The notes under the pieces: generated by a model
Told to the model about the DNA's origin: nothing
Database searches by the model: none
The model's input: the letters and a program-made list of their open reading frames with translations, nothing else
Source of the DNA: an uncultured bacterium
Lineage (GTDB): Bacteria; Chlamydiota; Chlamydiia; Chlamydiales; JAAZZY01
Direction: 5' to 3'
Assembly: GCA_964350945.1 (NCBI GenBank)
Contig: CAYGLF010000001.1
Span: 176,083 to 240,082, forward strand
DNA: 64,000 nt
Made by a program: the position numbers and the translations under genes
Part shown: positions 38,076-48,043 of the stretch, in pieces
Layout: each line of letters begins with the position of its first letter
Numbering within the stretch: position 1 is the stretch's first letter

Positions 38076-39659
38076 TTACTTTAAGAAGTTGAGATAGGAC
38101 TGCCCCACAGGAAAGTCCTCGCCGCTTAGCTTGTTTTTTCGCTTTTTATCAAAAAGGTCTATCATTTGGTTCGCTAATACTTTTCCAAGCTGAACCCCCT
38201 CTTGATCAAATGAGTTGATATTCCAGATAAACCCTTGGAAAGCAACTTTATGCTCATAGTAAGCAAGTAAAGCCCCCATTGTAAAAGGGTCCAATTTATG
38301 GGCCAGTAATATGCGTGAAGGTCGATTTCCTGGAAAGTTTTTATTAGGGTTTTCATTCGCATGTCCGTTGGCAAGAGCCATTGATTGAGCCAACATATTT
38401 GATAAAAGCTTCTCATGAGACGTGGTCCCTTTAACTTCTAGATCATCCCCATACTGACTTTCACAAAACCCAATAAACTCTATGGGGACAGGCGTTGTTC
38501 CCTGATGTAACATTTGAAAAAAGGAATGCTGAGAATTGGTCCCTGGCTCTCCCCAAATAATAGGGCCTGTATCAAAGTCAACCGCCTCACCTTTTTTAGT
38601 AATCCTCTTTCCGTTAGATTCCATATCTAGCTGTTGCAAATGAGCCGCAAATCGCCCTAAAGCTTGACTGTATGGAATAATTGCAACTGTATGGTGCCCT
38701 CTAAACGATCGGTTCCAAATACCAATCAAAGCTGTTAAAAGGGGTAGATTTTTTCGTAATGGGGTGTTTTTTGCATGTTTATCCATGAAGTTTGCCCCTT
38801 TAAGGACTTCCATAAACTGTTGAAAACCTAAACAAAAGGCGAGAGGAATTGCTCCGACCATTGAAGTTACTGAATAGCGGCCTCCGATAAAATCCCAAAT
38901 GTAGAATCTCTCTAAATAACGTTTAGGATCGTCCAGCTGACTTTTTTCTCCAGTTACCGCTATGAAATGACCTGAAGGGTCTAGATTTCTTTTTTCAAAC
39001 TGATGACGCATTAAAGCTTCGTTTGTTAAGGTCTCTAAGGTCCCCCCCGATTTAGAAATTGTAGCTACTAGAGTCTTTTCTAAATTAACTTCAGCAGCTA
39101 CCTTAGCCGCATTATCTGGATCCACGTTGGACACAAAAAACAATCTCCTGCTTGGTCTATTGTAATGCTCAAGCCCCACTGTAAGCGCTTTAGCCCCTAA
39201 CTCAGACCCCCCTATTCCAATGACCACCAAATCTGTAAAACGCTCATTCTTATCATTTTCTTCAAGAAACTTTTGCAACTTATCCAGCTCTTTTTTAGCA
39301 AGCTTACTGGCTTTTTTCGCACCTTCTCCTTGATTGGTGTCACCAAAAAAGTCACGCATTGACGTATGAAGAACCGAGCGTTCTTCTGATTCAAAACCCT
39401 CTATGCGATTGAGGACCTCTCCATTTTGCATTGCTGCCATTTTATCAAGAACTTTAGCTTCATCTGCAAGTTCAAAAAGCTGATCTAGAACCTCTTCTGT
39501 AACTTGTTCTGTAGCAAATAACAGTTTAAAATGTTCACTACAAAGGCTCATTTTTTCAATCCGCTCAGGATTGAATTTTTGTGCATCTGTTAAATCAAAT
39601 GGCTCCTGGGCCAATTTTGTTAAAGAAGAAAAAGCTTTTAGTTTTTTAAAAGATGTCAT
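38076..39659 (-). CDS. pgi: glucose-6-phosphate isomerase
   Basis: VIGIGGSELG, ISKSGGTLET, GGRYSV, WGEPGTNSQHSFFQMLHQG. Confidence 0.95.
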   Translation of the reverse strand: MTSFKKLKAFSSLTKLAQEPFDLTDAQKFNPERIEKMSLCSEHFKLLFATEQVTEEVLDQLFELADEAKVLDKMAAMQNGEVLNRIEGFESEERSVLHTSMRDFFGDTNQGEGAKKASKLAKKELDKLQKFLEENDKNERFTDLVVIGIGGSELGAKALTVGLEHYNRPSRRLFFVSNVDPDNAAKVAAEVNLEKTLVATISKSGGTLETLTNEALMRHQFEKRNLDPSGHFIAVTGEKSQLDDPKRYLERFYIWDFIGGRYSVTSMVGAIPLAFCLGFQQFMEVLKGANFMDKHAKNTPLRKNLPLLTALIGIWNRSFRGHHTVAIIPYSQALGRFAAHLQQLDMESNGKRITKKGEAVDFDTGPIIWGEPGTNSQHSFFQMLHQGTTPVPIEFIGFCESQYGDDLEVKGTTSHEKLLSNMLAQSMALANGHANENPNKNFPGNRPSRILLAHKLDPFTMGALLAYYEHKVAFQGFIWNINSFDQEGVQLGKVLANQMIDLFDKKRKNKLSGEDFPVGQSYLNFLK

Positions 39660-40750
39660 GAGACCTCCAAAGATTTGTAGAATGAAGCAAGTGAAATTTC
39701 ATTGTTAAGACCTAGTGGTTGCCCCTTATTAACCACACGTCCCCCTGCGGCGACAAACCCTTCCAATTTACGCAGAGAGTGTGAATCTATATCAACAACA
39801 ACTAAATCTTCAAGCCCTTGCCAATCGATTGTCAAAGTGCGCTCAGAGATACGTTTGACTGGGAAATGAGTCTTTAATTTTTCATAGAGCTCATCGTAGA
39901 GCTTCAGTTTTTCAGGATCGTAAATGGGATTTGAAGGGATCACCAACCCAATCGTCACGTCAATTAGAGGAGGTTGGTAGGCTTGGTATTCTTTACCCAA
40001 AAATCCATTGGGAAAGGGTTTAGACTCCCAACCAATAGCATGAGGGCACTCAAAGGGAGCATTTTTTAAACCAAGTTGTAAAAAGTCAAAATCTTCCTGA
40101 TCAAGCAGCTGAAAAAGGTGGGTGCCAGAGGCCACTTCTTTTGCGTCCAACAGTGTATAAGGCAATAAGTCACTTTCAAAATGAGCTGTCAGCATACTCA
40201 AATAATCTAAAGCAGCTCTCATGCAGTAAGTGCGCAGCAAGTTTTTACCGAATTCATTAGAATTTAGCACTTTAAGATCAAGCTGCATTAAATTTTTACA
40301 AGGAATAGCACTCTGATTAATAAACGTATGCTCATTCCCAAATTGATCTAAAATCCAACTTCTTAGATTGAAAATTTGATCATTACAAAAAGGCCATTTA
40401 TGATTGAAGTCACACGATCCTTTATAAATAATCATTCCAAGCGTAGATTCTTTAAAATCGCTCAATATATTCTCAAAAAAATGATCGAGAGCAAGCCCTA
40501 AAGATTTGTACTGACTCATGTCAGATAGTGGCAGCGGCAGTTGATTAAAAAGGCCAAAATCTAAATCCCATATAATTTGGAAACCCTCTTTAAGACACTC
40601 TTGAGCCATTTTTTTAGATGAACTCCAGTTTAGTGTAGAGTCTAAAGTAGCGTCAATAGGCACGACGATTGCACTAAAGTCTTTCTTCTTTTTATCTTCT
40701 AATGGCCCACTGAAAATATAAGGAAATGATTTTTGAGAGGAGTCTGTCAT
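39656..40750 (-). CDS. hypothetical protein
   Basis: 364-aa ORF with a 4-nt overlap with pgi. No motif recognised. Confidence 0.45.
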   Translation of the reverse strand: MTDSSQKSFPYIFSGPLEDKKKKDFSAIVVPIDATLDSTLNWSSSKKMAQECLKEGFQIIWDLDFGLFNQLPLPLSDMSQYKSLGLALDHFFENILSDFKESTLGMIIYKGSCDFNHKWPFCNDQIFNLRSWILDQFGNEHTFINQSAIPCKNLMQLDLKVLNSNEFGKNLLRTYCMRAALDYLSMLTAHFESDLLPYTLLDAKEVASGTHLFQLLDQEDFDFLQLGLKNAPFECPHAIGWESKPFPNGFLGKEYQAYQPPLIDVTIGLVIPSNPIYDPEKLKLYDELYEKLKTHFPVKRISERTLTIDWQGLEDLVVVDIDSHSLRKLEGFVAAGGRVVNKGQPLGLNNEISLASFYKSLEVS

Positions 40751-40795
40751 AAGAGCACTTATAATAAGGTTTGAGAATTTAATTTCAAGATACAG

Positions 40796-41488
40796 TTATA
40801 TCATCTTACCATATGTACCTGTTTTCTGAAATTTTGAAAAATAAAAAGAGCGTTTTTTTTCTTCCCAAAGAGATCTAAAGTAAGAGGCTCCATAATCTCC
40901 TAGTAATGAAGTAAAAAAAGGCTCTTGAATCTGAGAACTGAAATGGGGCTCTTCTAAAAAAGTTTCGATTGTCTGTTTTGAATACTTCAAATCGTCTGTC
41001 ACAAATGTCACTTCTCCATTTAATTTTAAAACGCGGTTCAGCTCTTTCGTAAAATTGTGTTGGATCAAACGGAATTTAGCGTGCTTGTTTTTAGGCCATG
41101 GATCAGGAAAATTAATATAGACATGATCTAATACTGCATCTTCAATATAGCTTTGAGTAGCTGATAAACCCTCTCCACAGATAATTAGGACATTATTGAG
41201 TAAACCATTGCGCATCTTAGACCATATTTTGCGAACACGATCAAATTTTTTTTCTACTGCGACCCAGTAGAATTGAGGGTATTGAGCTGCCTTCTCACAA
41301 ATCCACTGGCCATTTCCACTACAGTACTCAACGTGAATTTCTTCAAAACCTGTCGCAAGCTGAAGAAGAGAAAACTCAACCTTGAACTGAGTTGTTTTTG
41401 AGGGAAGATATAAAATCTTCTCTATAGAGTCAAAGAAGTGATTATCACTCTTTGCACTCACCGGAGGTAATAGATCTTTTGGTTTCAT
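40796..41488 (-). CDS. trmB: tRNA (guanine-N7)-methyltransferase
   Basis: HVEYCSGNGQW (SAM-binding region), YINFPDPWPKNKHAKFRL, FVTDD. Start is placed at MKPKDLL (ATG 41488). Confidence 0.8.
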   Translation of the reverse strand: MKPKDLLPPVSAKSDNHFFDSIEKILYLPSKTTQFKVEFSLLQLATGFEEIHVEYCSGNGQWICEKAAQYPQFYWVAVEKKFDRVRKIWSKMRNGLLNNVLIICGEGLSATQSYIEDAVLDHVYINFPDPWPKNKHAKFRLIQHNFTKELNRVLKLNGEVTFVTDDLKYSKQTIETFLEEPHFSSQIQEPFFTSLLGDYGASYFRSLWEEKKRSFYFSKFQKTGTYGKMI

Positions 41489-41569
41489 ATTTACATTCCT
41501 TAAATATAGAGCCATTATTATACTGATGACAAAAAAAAACACCAAGTGGAACCTAGCTAGCAACTTGTC

Positions 41570-42742
41570 ATGAATATCATTCACCCAAAGATCACCCAAT
41601 TGAGCTTAAGCCAATTTGGTCTTGATGAGACCCACCTCGAACCTAATGACGAGCCATTCTCCATTGTAATATGTGATGTCATTTCTATTTCCACAGAAAT
41701 TGATGCGAGAAAAGTCGGTCTAGATTTTGAAAAAAACATCAAAGAATATCTAGAAATGCATCATAACGATTTAAGCGTAAAGCTGTTAAAAAGATCGGTC
41801 GAGAGAGCTCAAAATTATTTTTTTAAGCAGTATCTAAAATATGAAGGGCTACTCAAAATATCTCTACTAATTCTTCTCAAAACTCCAAAACTCACAGCAA
41901 GCAGCTCTCCTGATAAAGTTTTAGTCACCAGTATGGGAGATATTAAATTTTTCAGTTTAGACTCATCGATTCAACTAGCCTACTATGATGCCAAATCCCC
42001 ACAACTACCTGATAACCTGTCGACAAAAAAACGGTTCAGCTACCTCAACAATGCGATTGGCTGTAAAGACTTAAATTTCAACTACTCTGAAATTCCTGTT
42101 GAGCCTCGTACTAGCTTACTCATGGCAACTTATGGAAGTTATCAGCAGACCCCACAAGACAAGCTATATGCTCTTTTTTCTGACTATGAGAACAAGCGAC
42201 ACTTAGTTGGTAAGTTAATGACTAAATCAAAAGGAAAAAGTGATTTGCGATCCTTTTTACTGATTGATTTTCAAAAAAAAGCACATCCTGACTTTTCAAG
42301 TCCTCTAGCCCTCTCATCATCAAAACTGCCCCATCACGAATTAAGCTCTAAGAAAGTGAGACTGTTTCCAGTGTGGGCTATCAAGATTGCCTGCGTTGCT
42401 GTAGTCTGTCTTTTAAGCCTAGAATTTTTCAACCACTATCTCAACTCCCAAAGAGATACTACCGAGCGAAATCTAGGGGTGGGGCGCCCTAAAGAAATTC
42501 ACACTCAATTTACTCTTAAGTCCATAAAAAAGCCCCTCGAGTTCCCGTTCTTAAAGGAAAGGGCCTATATTGTTGACCTTAAAGATCGTTATAAACGCCA
42601 ATTAGAGCTGATTGATAAACTCCAGCAAATTATTAATGAGCAAGATAAAACTCTTTGTGAACTACAAGTCAAAGAGTTCTACCAACAAGAGGCGGTCACA
42701 TCAAATAATTCCCCCCAAAGCGAACCACATCTAGAAAATTAA
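41570..42742 (+). CDS. hypothetical membrane-anchored protein with C-terminal coiled-coil
   Basis: 390 aa. One clear TM segment (VWAIKIACVAVVCLLSLEFF) and a C-terminal KDRYKRQLELIDKLQQIINEQDKTLCELQ. Confidence 0.4.
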   Translation: MNIIHPKITQLSLSQFGLDETHLEPNDEPFSIVICDVISISTEIDARKVGLDFEKNIKEYLEMHHNDLSVKLLKRSVERAQNYFFKQYLKYEGLLKISLLILLKTPKLTASSSPDKVLVTSMGDIKFFSLDSSIQLAYYDAKSPQLPDNLSTKKRFSYLNNAIGCKDLNFNYSEIPVEPRTSLLMATYGSYQQTPQDKLYALFSDYENKRHLVGKLMTKSKGKSDLRSFLLIDFQKKAHPDFSSPLALSSSKLPHHELSSKKVRLFPVWAIKIACVAVVCLLSLEFFNHYLNSQRDTTERNLGVGRPKEIHTQFTLKSIKKPLEFPFLKERAYIVDLKDRYKRQLELIDKLQQIINEQDKTLCELQVKEFYQQEAVTSNNSPQSEPHLEN

Positions 42743-42799
42743 ATTACTGCGTTCTAAAATAGTTGCATTATTCGTTCAAGAACCGTATCTTAAAAAAAC

Positions 42800-43525
42800 T
42801 TGTTTATTATGAGGATTTCAATGAAAAAATGGCTCTTGTTTTTACCTTTTTTACCCGTTGCCTTATTTTGTAAAGACATTCAACTCGATGGGGTCGTAAA
42901 ATCTAGATTGGATCTAGTAAAAATCTTTAATGGAGCTCCCATTATCTATACAGTCTTACTCTTACTTTGCGTTCTCTCCGTTATTATTTGGTTGTATAGT
43001 CTATGGACTTTAAAAATATCTGAAATGATGCCACCTGGATTTATCCACCAAGTGCGTGAACAGTTGGTGGAAAAAAGATTTGAAGCTGCCTTAATGACTT
43101 GTCAGCAAGATCATAATTTTTCTTCGCAGGTGATTGCTTGCGGAATTGCCGCTAGAAAGCATGGCCCCCAGGTCATGATGGAAGCGATGCAAGCTGAAGG
43201 AAAACGATGTGGCACCTCTCTATGGCAGCGCATTTCAGTTCTCAATGACGTTGTCATTGTCGCACCAATGCTAGGCCTTTTAGGAACTGTCTTAGGAATG
43301 TTTTATGCTTTCTATGACACCAATCGAACCCAAGAGAGTATCACTTCTATTTTTGATGGCCTTGGAGTCGCTATGGGGACTACCGTTTTTGGTCTTTTTG
43401 TTGCTATCTTAGCTATGGTTTTTTATACGACTCTCAAGTATCGCGTAGGGACACTACTCAATTCTATAGAAAACGAGGCATTGAGTCTAGGCAGCTTAAT
43501 AGAAACTGATTTGGTAATGGCTTAG
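42800..43525 (+). CDS. tolQ: MotA/TolQ/ExbB proton-channel family protein
   Basis: Three TM segments and a conserved C-terminal half (APMLGLLGTVLGMFYAF...GLGVAMGTTVFGLFVAILAMVFY). ATG 42821 (MKKWLLF) is an alternative start. Confidence 0.8.
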   Translation: MFIMRISMKKWLLFLPFLPVALFCKDIQLDGVVKSRLDLVKIFNGAPIIYTVLLLLCVLSVIIWLYSLWTLKISEMMPPGFIHQVREQLVEKRFEAALMTCQQDHNFSSQVIACGIAARKHGPQVMMEAMQAEGKRCGTSLWQRISVLNDVVIVAPMLGLLGTVLGMFYAFYDTNRTQESITSIFDGLGVAMGTTVFGLFVAILAMVFYTTLKYRVGTLLNSIENEALSLGSLIETDLVMA

Positions 43526-43526
43526 T

Positions 43527-44051
43527 ATGAGTTTTGTTCCTGAAGAAGCACTACACCCACGGACAGGGTTTAACTTTGCCCCTATGATTGACTTTCTCTT
43601 TTTAATGGTGGTTTTTTTTGCGTGCTTAGCTGTTTCTAGAATTCAAACCAAAGATACTGACATTGATCTTGTAAAGATTTATGAAAACAACTCCGAACAG
43701 GCCTCTAATGCCGACTCTGAGTACAAAATACTCAACATTAGCATTAATAATAAAGGGGAGTATAAATGGGTGACTGAAATTCGTGATTACCCTATGCCCC
43801 AGGCTGAAGACATTGCCAATGAATTATTAAACCAGTATCAAAAAGGGCTCTTACCTGAAAATAAACTCAAAACACAAGTTCTTTTAAAAATAGATAAAGA
43901 GGCTATGTGGGACCCTATCTTACAGGCCATTTTTGCAATTCGCGACGCAGGATTCGAAGTGCGACCTGTTTATTTACCCGATCAATTTCCAGGCTCATCT
44001 TTTCATATGATGGACCTTAACAATGAAAGCTTACAAGGCGGTTTAGAATGA
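43527..44051 (+). CDS. tolR: ExbD/TolR biopolymer transport protein
   Basis: N-terminal FNFAPMIDFLFLMVVFF TM segment typical of ExbD/TolR. Follows tolQ with a 1-nt gap. Confidence 0.75.
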   Translation: MSFVPEEALHPRTGFNFAPMIDFLFLMVVFFACLAVSRIQTKDTDIDLVKIYENNSEQASNADSEYKILNISINNKGEYKWVTEIRDYPMPQAEDIANELLNQYQKGLLPENKLKTQVLLKIDKEAMWDPILQAIFAIRDAGFEVRPVYLPDQFPGSSFHMMDLNNESLQGGLE

Positions 44052-44377
44052 AAAAAATACTAATATTTGTGATGTTCCTTGCACTATACTCGTGTCAAAA
44101 GACAAATAATAATAAGAATATATCGGTGATGGAAGACAAAAAATCACTCATCAACCAATGGTATGGAGAAAATCATTTTGACAACTCAATTTCAGATCAA
44201 GATGACGATATAACCCCCGATTTGAATACAGAGACCTCCCCGAAGGCTCCAACTTCCTCTAAACCAGCTAGCCAAGCTTCTACTTCACCATCTTCAACAC
44301 AAACTAGTGAGCTTATGAGACGCCCTGAGGATAGCCTAATCGATGCCTTTGATCAGGCTCTGAATCTAGAAAATTAG
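44048..44377 (+). CDS. small putative lipoprotein, Ser/Pro/Thr-rich
   Basis: MKKILIFVMFLALYSCQK (lipobox-like LYSC), then a low-complexity region PKAPTSSKPASQASTSPSSTQTS. Confidence 0.45.
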   Translation: MKKILIFVMFLALYSCQKTNNNKNISVMEDKKSLINQWYGENHFDNSISDQDDDITPDLNTETSPKAPTSSKPASQASTSPSSTQTSELMRRPEDSLIDAFDQALNLEN

Positions 44378-44386
44378 GATTTTTTA

Positions 44387-44830
44387 ATGAACCGCTCTCT
44401 TCCCATCACACTCACTTTAATTATCACACTCTTAACATCAGGGTGCTTTGATTCTAATAAAGGGTTGGCCCCAAAAAATATAAAAGATAAGCAGATCTCT
44501 TTTTTGTATGACTCCAAAAACCCAGATTTTACCCACTTAGCAGGAAAAAACCTCATATATGCCTTCTTTCAGAATTTAACCTATGAGAGCTATTTAGATA
44601 ACAAGCCTTATGCAGCAGGTAATTATGCTTATAATAAGACCGGGCCTGACTCAGCAGAATTGTCAGTAAGCTACGCTGATGACTTTGATGTACAAACTCA
44701 GTCACTGTATTTACTTTTTAGTTCACCTGATAGGGGTAAATTTGATCAAAACTCAGACTCTAAGGATACTGGCCTTGGAACAGGAACTTTTGAAATTCAG
44801 CACCCTTCTAAAGATCTCTTAACAAAGTGA
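44387..44830 (+). CDS. putative lipoprotein
   Basis: Signal sequence ending in lipobox LLTSGC. 147 aa. Confidence 0.5.
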   Translation: MNRSLPITLTLIITLLTSGCFDSNKGLAPKNIKDKQISFLYDSKNPDFTHLAGKNLIYAFFQNLTYESYLDNKPYAAGNYAYNKTGPDSAELSVSYADDFDVQTQSLYLLFSSPDRGKFDQNSDSKDTGLGTGTFEIQHPSKDLLTK

Positions 44831-46254
44831 GGTTTGAGATAAAGAAGAGGCTCTTGCTCCCCCTTCTGACAAATTTTACGACAAACTTCTTTGTTATAAC
44901 TAACGTGTATCAACTGATGTAAGTATTCTCGCCTTTCTTTAATCATGGGTCTGATTTTAGCAAGGTACGGTGGAATATGGAGTAAAAATTGCCTTTCCTT
45001 CATAGAATCTAGATCATTTTCAATTCCCAAAGATGTCTGAAAATAATAAAGTAACTTGGCTTGTTCACACCCTGCTCTATCAATTCCATCTCGGCAAGTA
45101 ATATTTAGTGAGTCTATTTTGAAATTTTGCAAACAAGTAATTATTATTTGTGTATAAACATGATCTATAAAAAAACGTCTTTCTGTAACTGTAAGCAGCT
45201 CTTTAGAATCAAAATAGCATTCGTGAACTTGTTCTAAAATTTCACAAAGATCTTTCTCAAACGACTCACTTTTTAGCCAACTTTGAGGAAGGTGATAGTA
45301 ACCCACTCCTATTTTACCCATTAAAAGGTCTTGGAAAGTCTGTTTAAACTTACTAGCCTGATGTTGAGATGCATATGACATCTCTTGGTAATAAAATGCA
45401 CCATCTGAAGGAAGACTGATACAGTAAAAATTGTCGTACTCAAGCTCTAAGTTCTGAATTTCTAAACTTCGAAGCCCCTCTTTCCCCCAAGTTTTTTGTT
45501 TATTAATGTAAAGGTGGACCTTTTTCTCTTGCTTGAGAAGGGTTAGAAATCCTTTAAATTCTTCAATAATCTTTGGAGGTCTACCTGGTCCCTCCTTGGT
45601 AGGAGACCCCATTCGCACCATTTTAAGGCGGCGAACACGGCCTTGGCGAAAAAATGCAAATGTATAGAGTAAAAACGGGTGATTATACTTGTGTGGATCA
45701 AAAAAAGATTGATTCAGAGATTCATTAAATCGCCGGACTTCTCTTTCCATCAAAAAAGTTGGCCTTGAGCGAATAATTAAAAGAGACTCATCCAGAAATG
45801 AATGCTGGGAAAAGTGCTCCTTATAATCTAGACATTTACCATCCTTTGGAGCAAGGGCGGTAAACATTTCTCTTAAAAGGTCATGTCCAAATGCAAAAAG
45901 GTGAACTCGATAGAATTTAGTTTTGCATAATTCTAATAGAAGTCTATTTAGTCTCAGATACCTATTCTTTTCGATCTCACTGGAATTCAAACGATGTAAG
46001 GTCTTTCGAAAGGCATTTAAAAAAAGGCCATGCTTTCTCTTCTCGCCTCTAGTTGAGGGGCGTAAGCATTTATGAATTTTCCGTAGGTTTCTGGCTATAA
46101 ACCTTTCGTCTTTAGTAAGTTTTCTTAGTGGAACAGCTCTTAAGTCCGCAAGAATTGCCTCTCCTTGATTGCTTTGAAAGGTCTTTCTAAGCTCCTCTAA
46201 AGCAATCTGATAACGCTTATCTCGACTTTTATGAAAGCTCAATCTCATCACCAA
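44797..46254 (-). CDS. CX5R P-loop protein, paralog A (putative myotubularin/SopB-like lipid or protein phosphatase)
   Basis: 485 aa. P-loop-like NITCRDGIDRAG lies at nt 45076-45096 (minus strand). Shares VHLYINK, ISLPSDGAFYYQ, GYYHLP and FIDHVY blocks with the genes at 46343 and 49277. Confidence 0.5.
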   Translation of the reverse strand: MVMRLSFHKSRDKRYQIALEELRKTFQSNQGEAILADLRAVPLRKLTKDERFIARNLRKIHKCLRPSTRGEKRKHGLFLNAFRKTLHRLNSSEIEKNRYLRLNRLLLELCKTKFYRVHLFAFGHDLLREMFTALAPKDGKCLDYKEHFSQHSFLDESLLIIRSRPTFLMEREVRRFNESLNQSFFDPHKYNHPFLLYTFAFFRQGRVRRLKMVRMGSPTKEGPGRPPKIIEEFKGFLTLLKQEKKVHLYINKQKTWGKEGLRSLEIQNLELEYDNFYCISLPSDGAFYYQEMSYASQHQASKFKQTFQDLLMGKIGVGYYHLPQSWLKSESFEKDLCEILEQVHECYFDSKELLTVTERRFFIDHVYTQIIITCLQNFKIDSLNITCRDGIDRAGCEQAKLLYYFQTSLGIENDLDSMKERQFLLHIPPYLAKIRPMIKERREYLHQLIHVSYNKEVCRKICQKGEQEPLLYLKPHFVKRSLEGC

Positions 46255-46342
46255 CCCCCTAAAATTTGAACATTACAAATTTCATTTTTTTTGAAAATGT
46301 CCGTTTTCAAAATTAGAGATTTTATCTAAAAAAGGGGAACTA

Positions 46343-47893
46343 TTAAATAGCTAAGCTATTTATATTATACTCTTTATGACTTTCAGAAATTGAATCTTTT
46401 TTAATTTCTAATAATTTCCGAACAGCCGAATAACAGCGCACCAAGCGCTCTGTTTCAGGGTGACGGTGATAATTTAAGATTGCGGGCCATGAGGAAATGT
46501 AGAACATCGACCCTAAGTGAGCTGGAGAATCTGAAAGCGATTGCAATAGAATATCAAATACAGCAACTGCACTCATAGATCGATCGATCCCATAGCGACA
46601 GGTCCAATTGACAATGTCAATATTCTGCTCTTGAATAAGGTATTTCACGATATATGCATAAGCAATGTCTATAAACTGACAACGCTCAACACGCTCTAAA
46701 AAATCTTTCTCTGCAAAATATGTGCAGTGCAAATCATCGATCAAGGTTTCTAAAAAACTCACAAAATCTGAGTCTTTAAGAAGCCGTGACGGAAAATAGA
46801 AACCCTCTTGCTTCATTAACATACTATTTAAAAAAGTCTCTTTAAAATAGCTTGCTCTTAACAAACCTAAGTTTCCTTGTTTGTAAAAAGGACTATCAAA
46901 GGGAAGTGTTATAAAACAAAAATTTTTACGGTATTCTGACCTTCTGGAAAGTTCTTGCAGTTTTTTACTATTTTTATACTCATTTGAAAACATATTAGAA
47001 AGAGTATTTAAATTGTTAACATAAAGATGCTTCTTTCCTTTAACTTTAAGGGTTTCTAGGTACTCTAAAAAAATGGGATCTACTGACGCACAGTAATTTT
47101 TTCCATAAACAGGGCATGACATACGAATTAAAGAAACTGAGCGATCCGCCCATTGATAGTCAGCAATTTTACAGCGCAGTGAAGCTAAAGCTCCGTCCCA
47201 GGAAGCAAAAATGGGGGCATGCATCTTACGGTGTATTCGGCTAAGAAAGACTCTTGGTGAACGTAATGGAAACAAATGGTTGATTGCCTTGTTCATCAGT
47301 TTCACATTTAGTTGAGAGGGGTCTAAAGATAATAATTTTTTAGGCATCAACTCCCAAAAGTGCTGGTAACCCACTTTAGTGTGATTGAGGCTAATCGAAA
47401 AATGGGCCATGCTGATTTCTTGTAAAATAGACTGGACTGTATGTTGCACTTTAGGATTCGACCATTTAGCGGCATTTTTTTCATTAAGAGCTGTTCTAAG
47501 AGTGTCTATAAAATACCTATATCTCTCCTTGCCCGTAAAGTGTTCCTTATATTTGGGATTGTGCAGCAGATTCAAAACGCACGTTGTTTTACTAATAGAC
47601 TTGAATTCATGAGAAGAATCTGTCTGGCTGATAAATTCTTCAAGCTGATCAATCTGCCCCTGAAGCTCTAGAGGATTATATGGATAATTGTAGCGCAATT
47701 CTTCAAGAGCAAGCGCATACCGAACATGCAGATGATTACAAAGTTCTTTAGTATTTACTGGAGGCAAAATGACTTGCACATCTTTTTTTTGATAGGCTCC
47801 ATGCTTATAAGAAGCAAAGGGGCAGCCTTCTACAAAACTAATCGAAAAAAAGGCGAGTAGGGCAATCCAAAAATGAAGCTTCCAACCGAACAT
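46343..47893 (-). CDS. CX5R P-loop protein, paralog B, with N-terminal signal-like segment
   Basis: 516 aa. N-terminus MFGWKLHFWIALLAFFSISFVEGC. P-loop-like NWTCRYGIDRSM lies at nt 46580-46600. Shared blocks: HLYVNN, ITLPFDSPFYKQ, GFYFPS, FIDIAY. Confidence 0.5.
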   Translation of the reverse strand: MFGWKLHFWIALLAFFSISFVEGCPFASYKHGAYQKKDVQVILPPVNTKELCNHLHVRYALALEELRYNYPYNPLELQGQIDQLEEFISQTDSSHEFKSISKTTCVLNLLHNPKYKEHFTGKERYRYFIDTLRTALNEKNAAKWSNPKVQHTVQSILQEISMAHFSISLNHTKVGYQHFWELMPKKLLSLDPSQLNVKLMNKAINHLFPLRSPRVFLSRIHRKMHAPIFASWDGALASLRCKIADYQWADRSVSLIRMSCPVYGKNYCASVDPIFLEYLETLKVKGKKHLYVNNLNTLSNMFSNEYKNSKKLQELSRRSEYRKNFCFITLPFDSPFYKQGNLGLLRASYFKETFLNSMLMKQEGFYFPSRLLKDSDFVSFLETLIDDLHCTYFAEKDFLERVERCQFIDIAYAYIVKYLIQEQNIDIVNWTCRYGIDRSMSAVAVFDILLQSLSDSPAHLGSMFYISSWPAILNYHRHPETERLVRCYSAVRKLLEIKKDSISESHKEYNINSLAI

Positions 47894-47984
47894 ACTGAAT
47901 CCTTAAATACAAGTAAGAAACTCAGCATAGGAAACAGTGAGATTTGCAGCAATACAAATAGATGATTGGGGTTAATTAGGATCT

Positions 47985-48020
47985 AAAAGCTAAGGATCTT
48001 AAAATAAGACCTTAGCTTTT
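47985..48020. terminator. bidirectional-type intrinsic terminator-like hairpin
   Basis: AAAAGCTAAGG - 14-nt loop - CCTTAGCTTTT is a perfect 11-bp inverted repeat with an A-tract/T-tract. It sits 24 nt downstream of the ankyrin gene stop (minus strand). Confidence 0.45.
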
Positions 48021-48043
48021 ATAGGCTTAAAGACAAGTTACTT

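Noticed and set aside
41489-41599. N-terminal extension of trmB (listed ORF to 41599) overlapping the divergent gene at 41570
   Set aside because: The extension is hydrophobic and unrelated to TrmB. The internal ATG at 41488 (MKPKDLL) gives normal length and removes the head-to-head overlap.
41570-42742. Idea that this protein is a degenerate PP2C/SpoIIE phosphatase ('VTSMGDIKFF', 'LLMATYGSY')
   Set aside because: Only two short, weak resemblances were seen. None of the metal-binding Asp motifs of PP2C could be identified by eye. It is kept as hypothetical.
44048-44377. Calling the 109-aa protein after tolR a TolA homolog
   Set aside because: It has a lipobox rather than a TolA-type N-terminal anchor and is far shorter than TolA. 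The Ser/Pro-rich region alone is not diagnostic.
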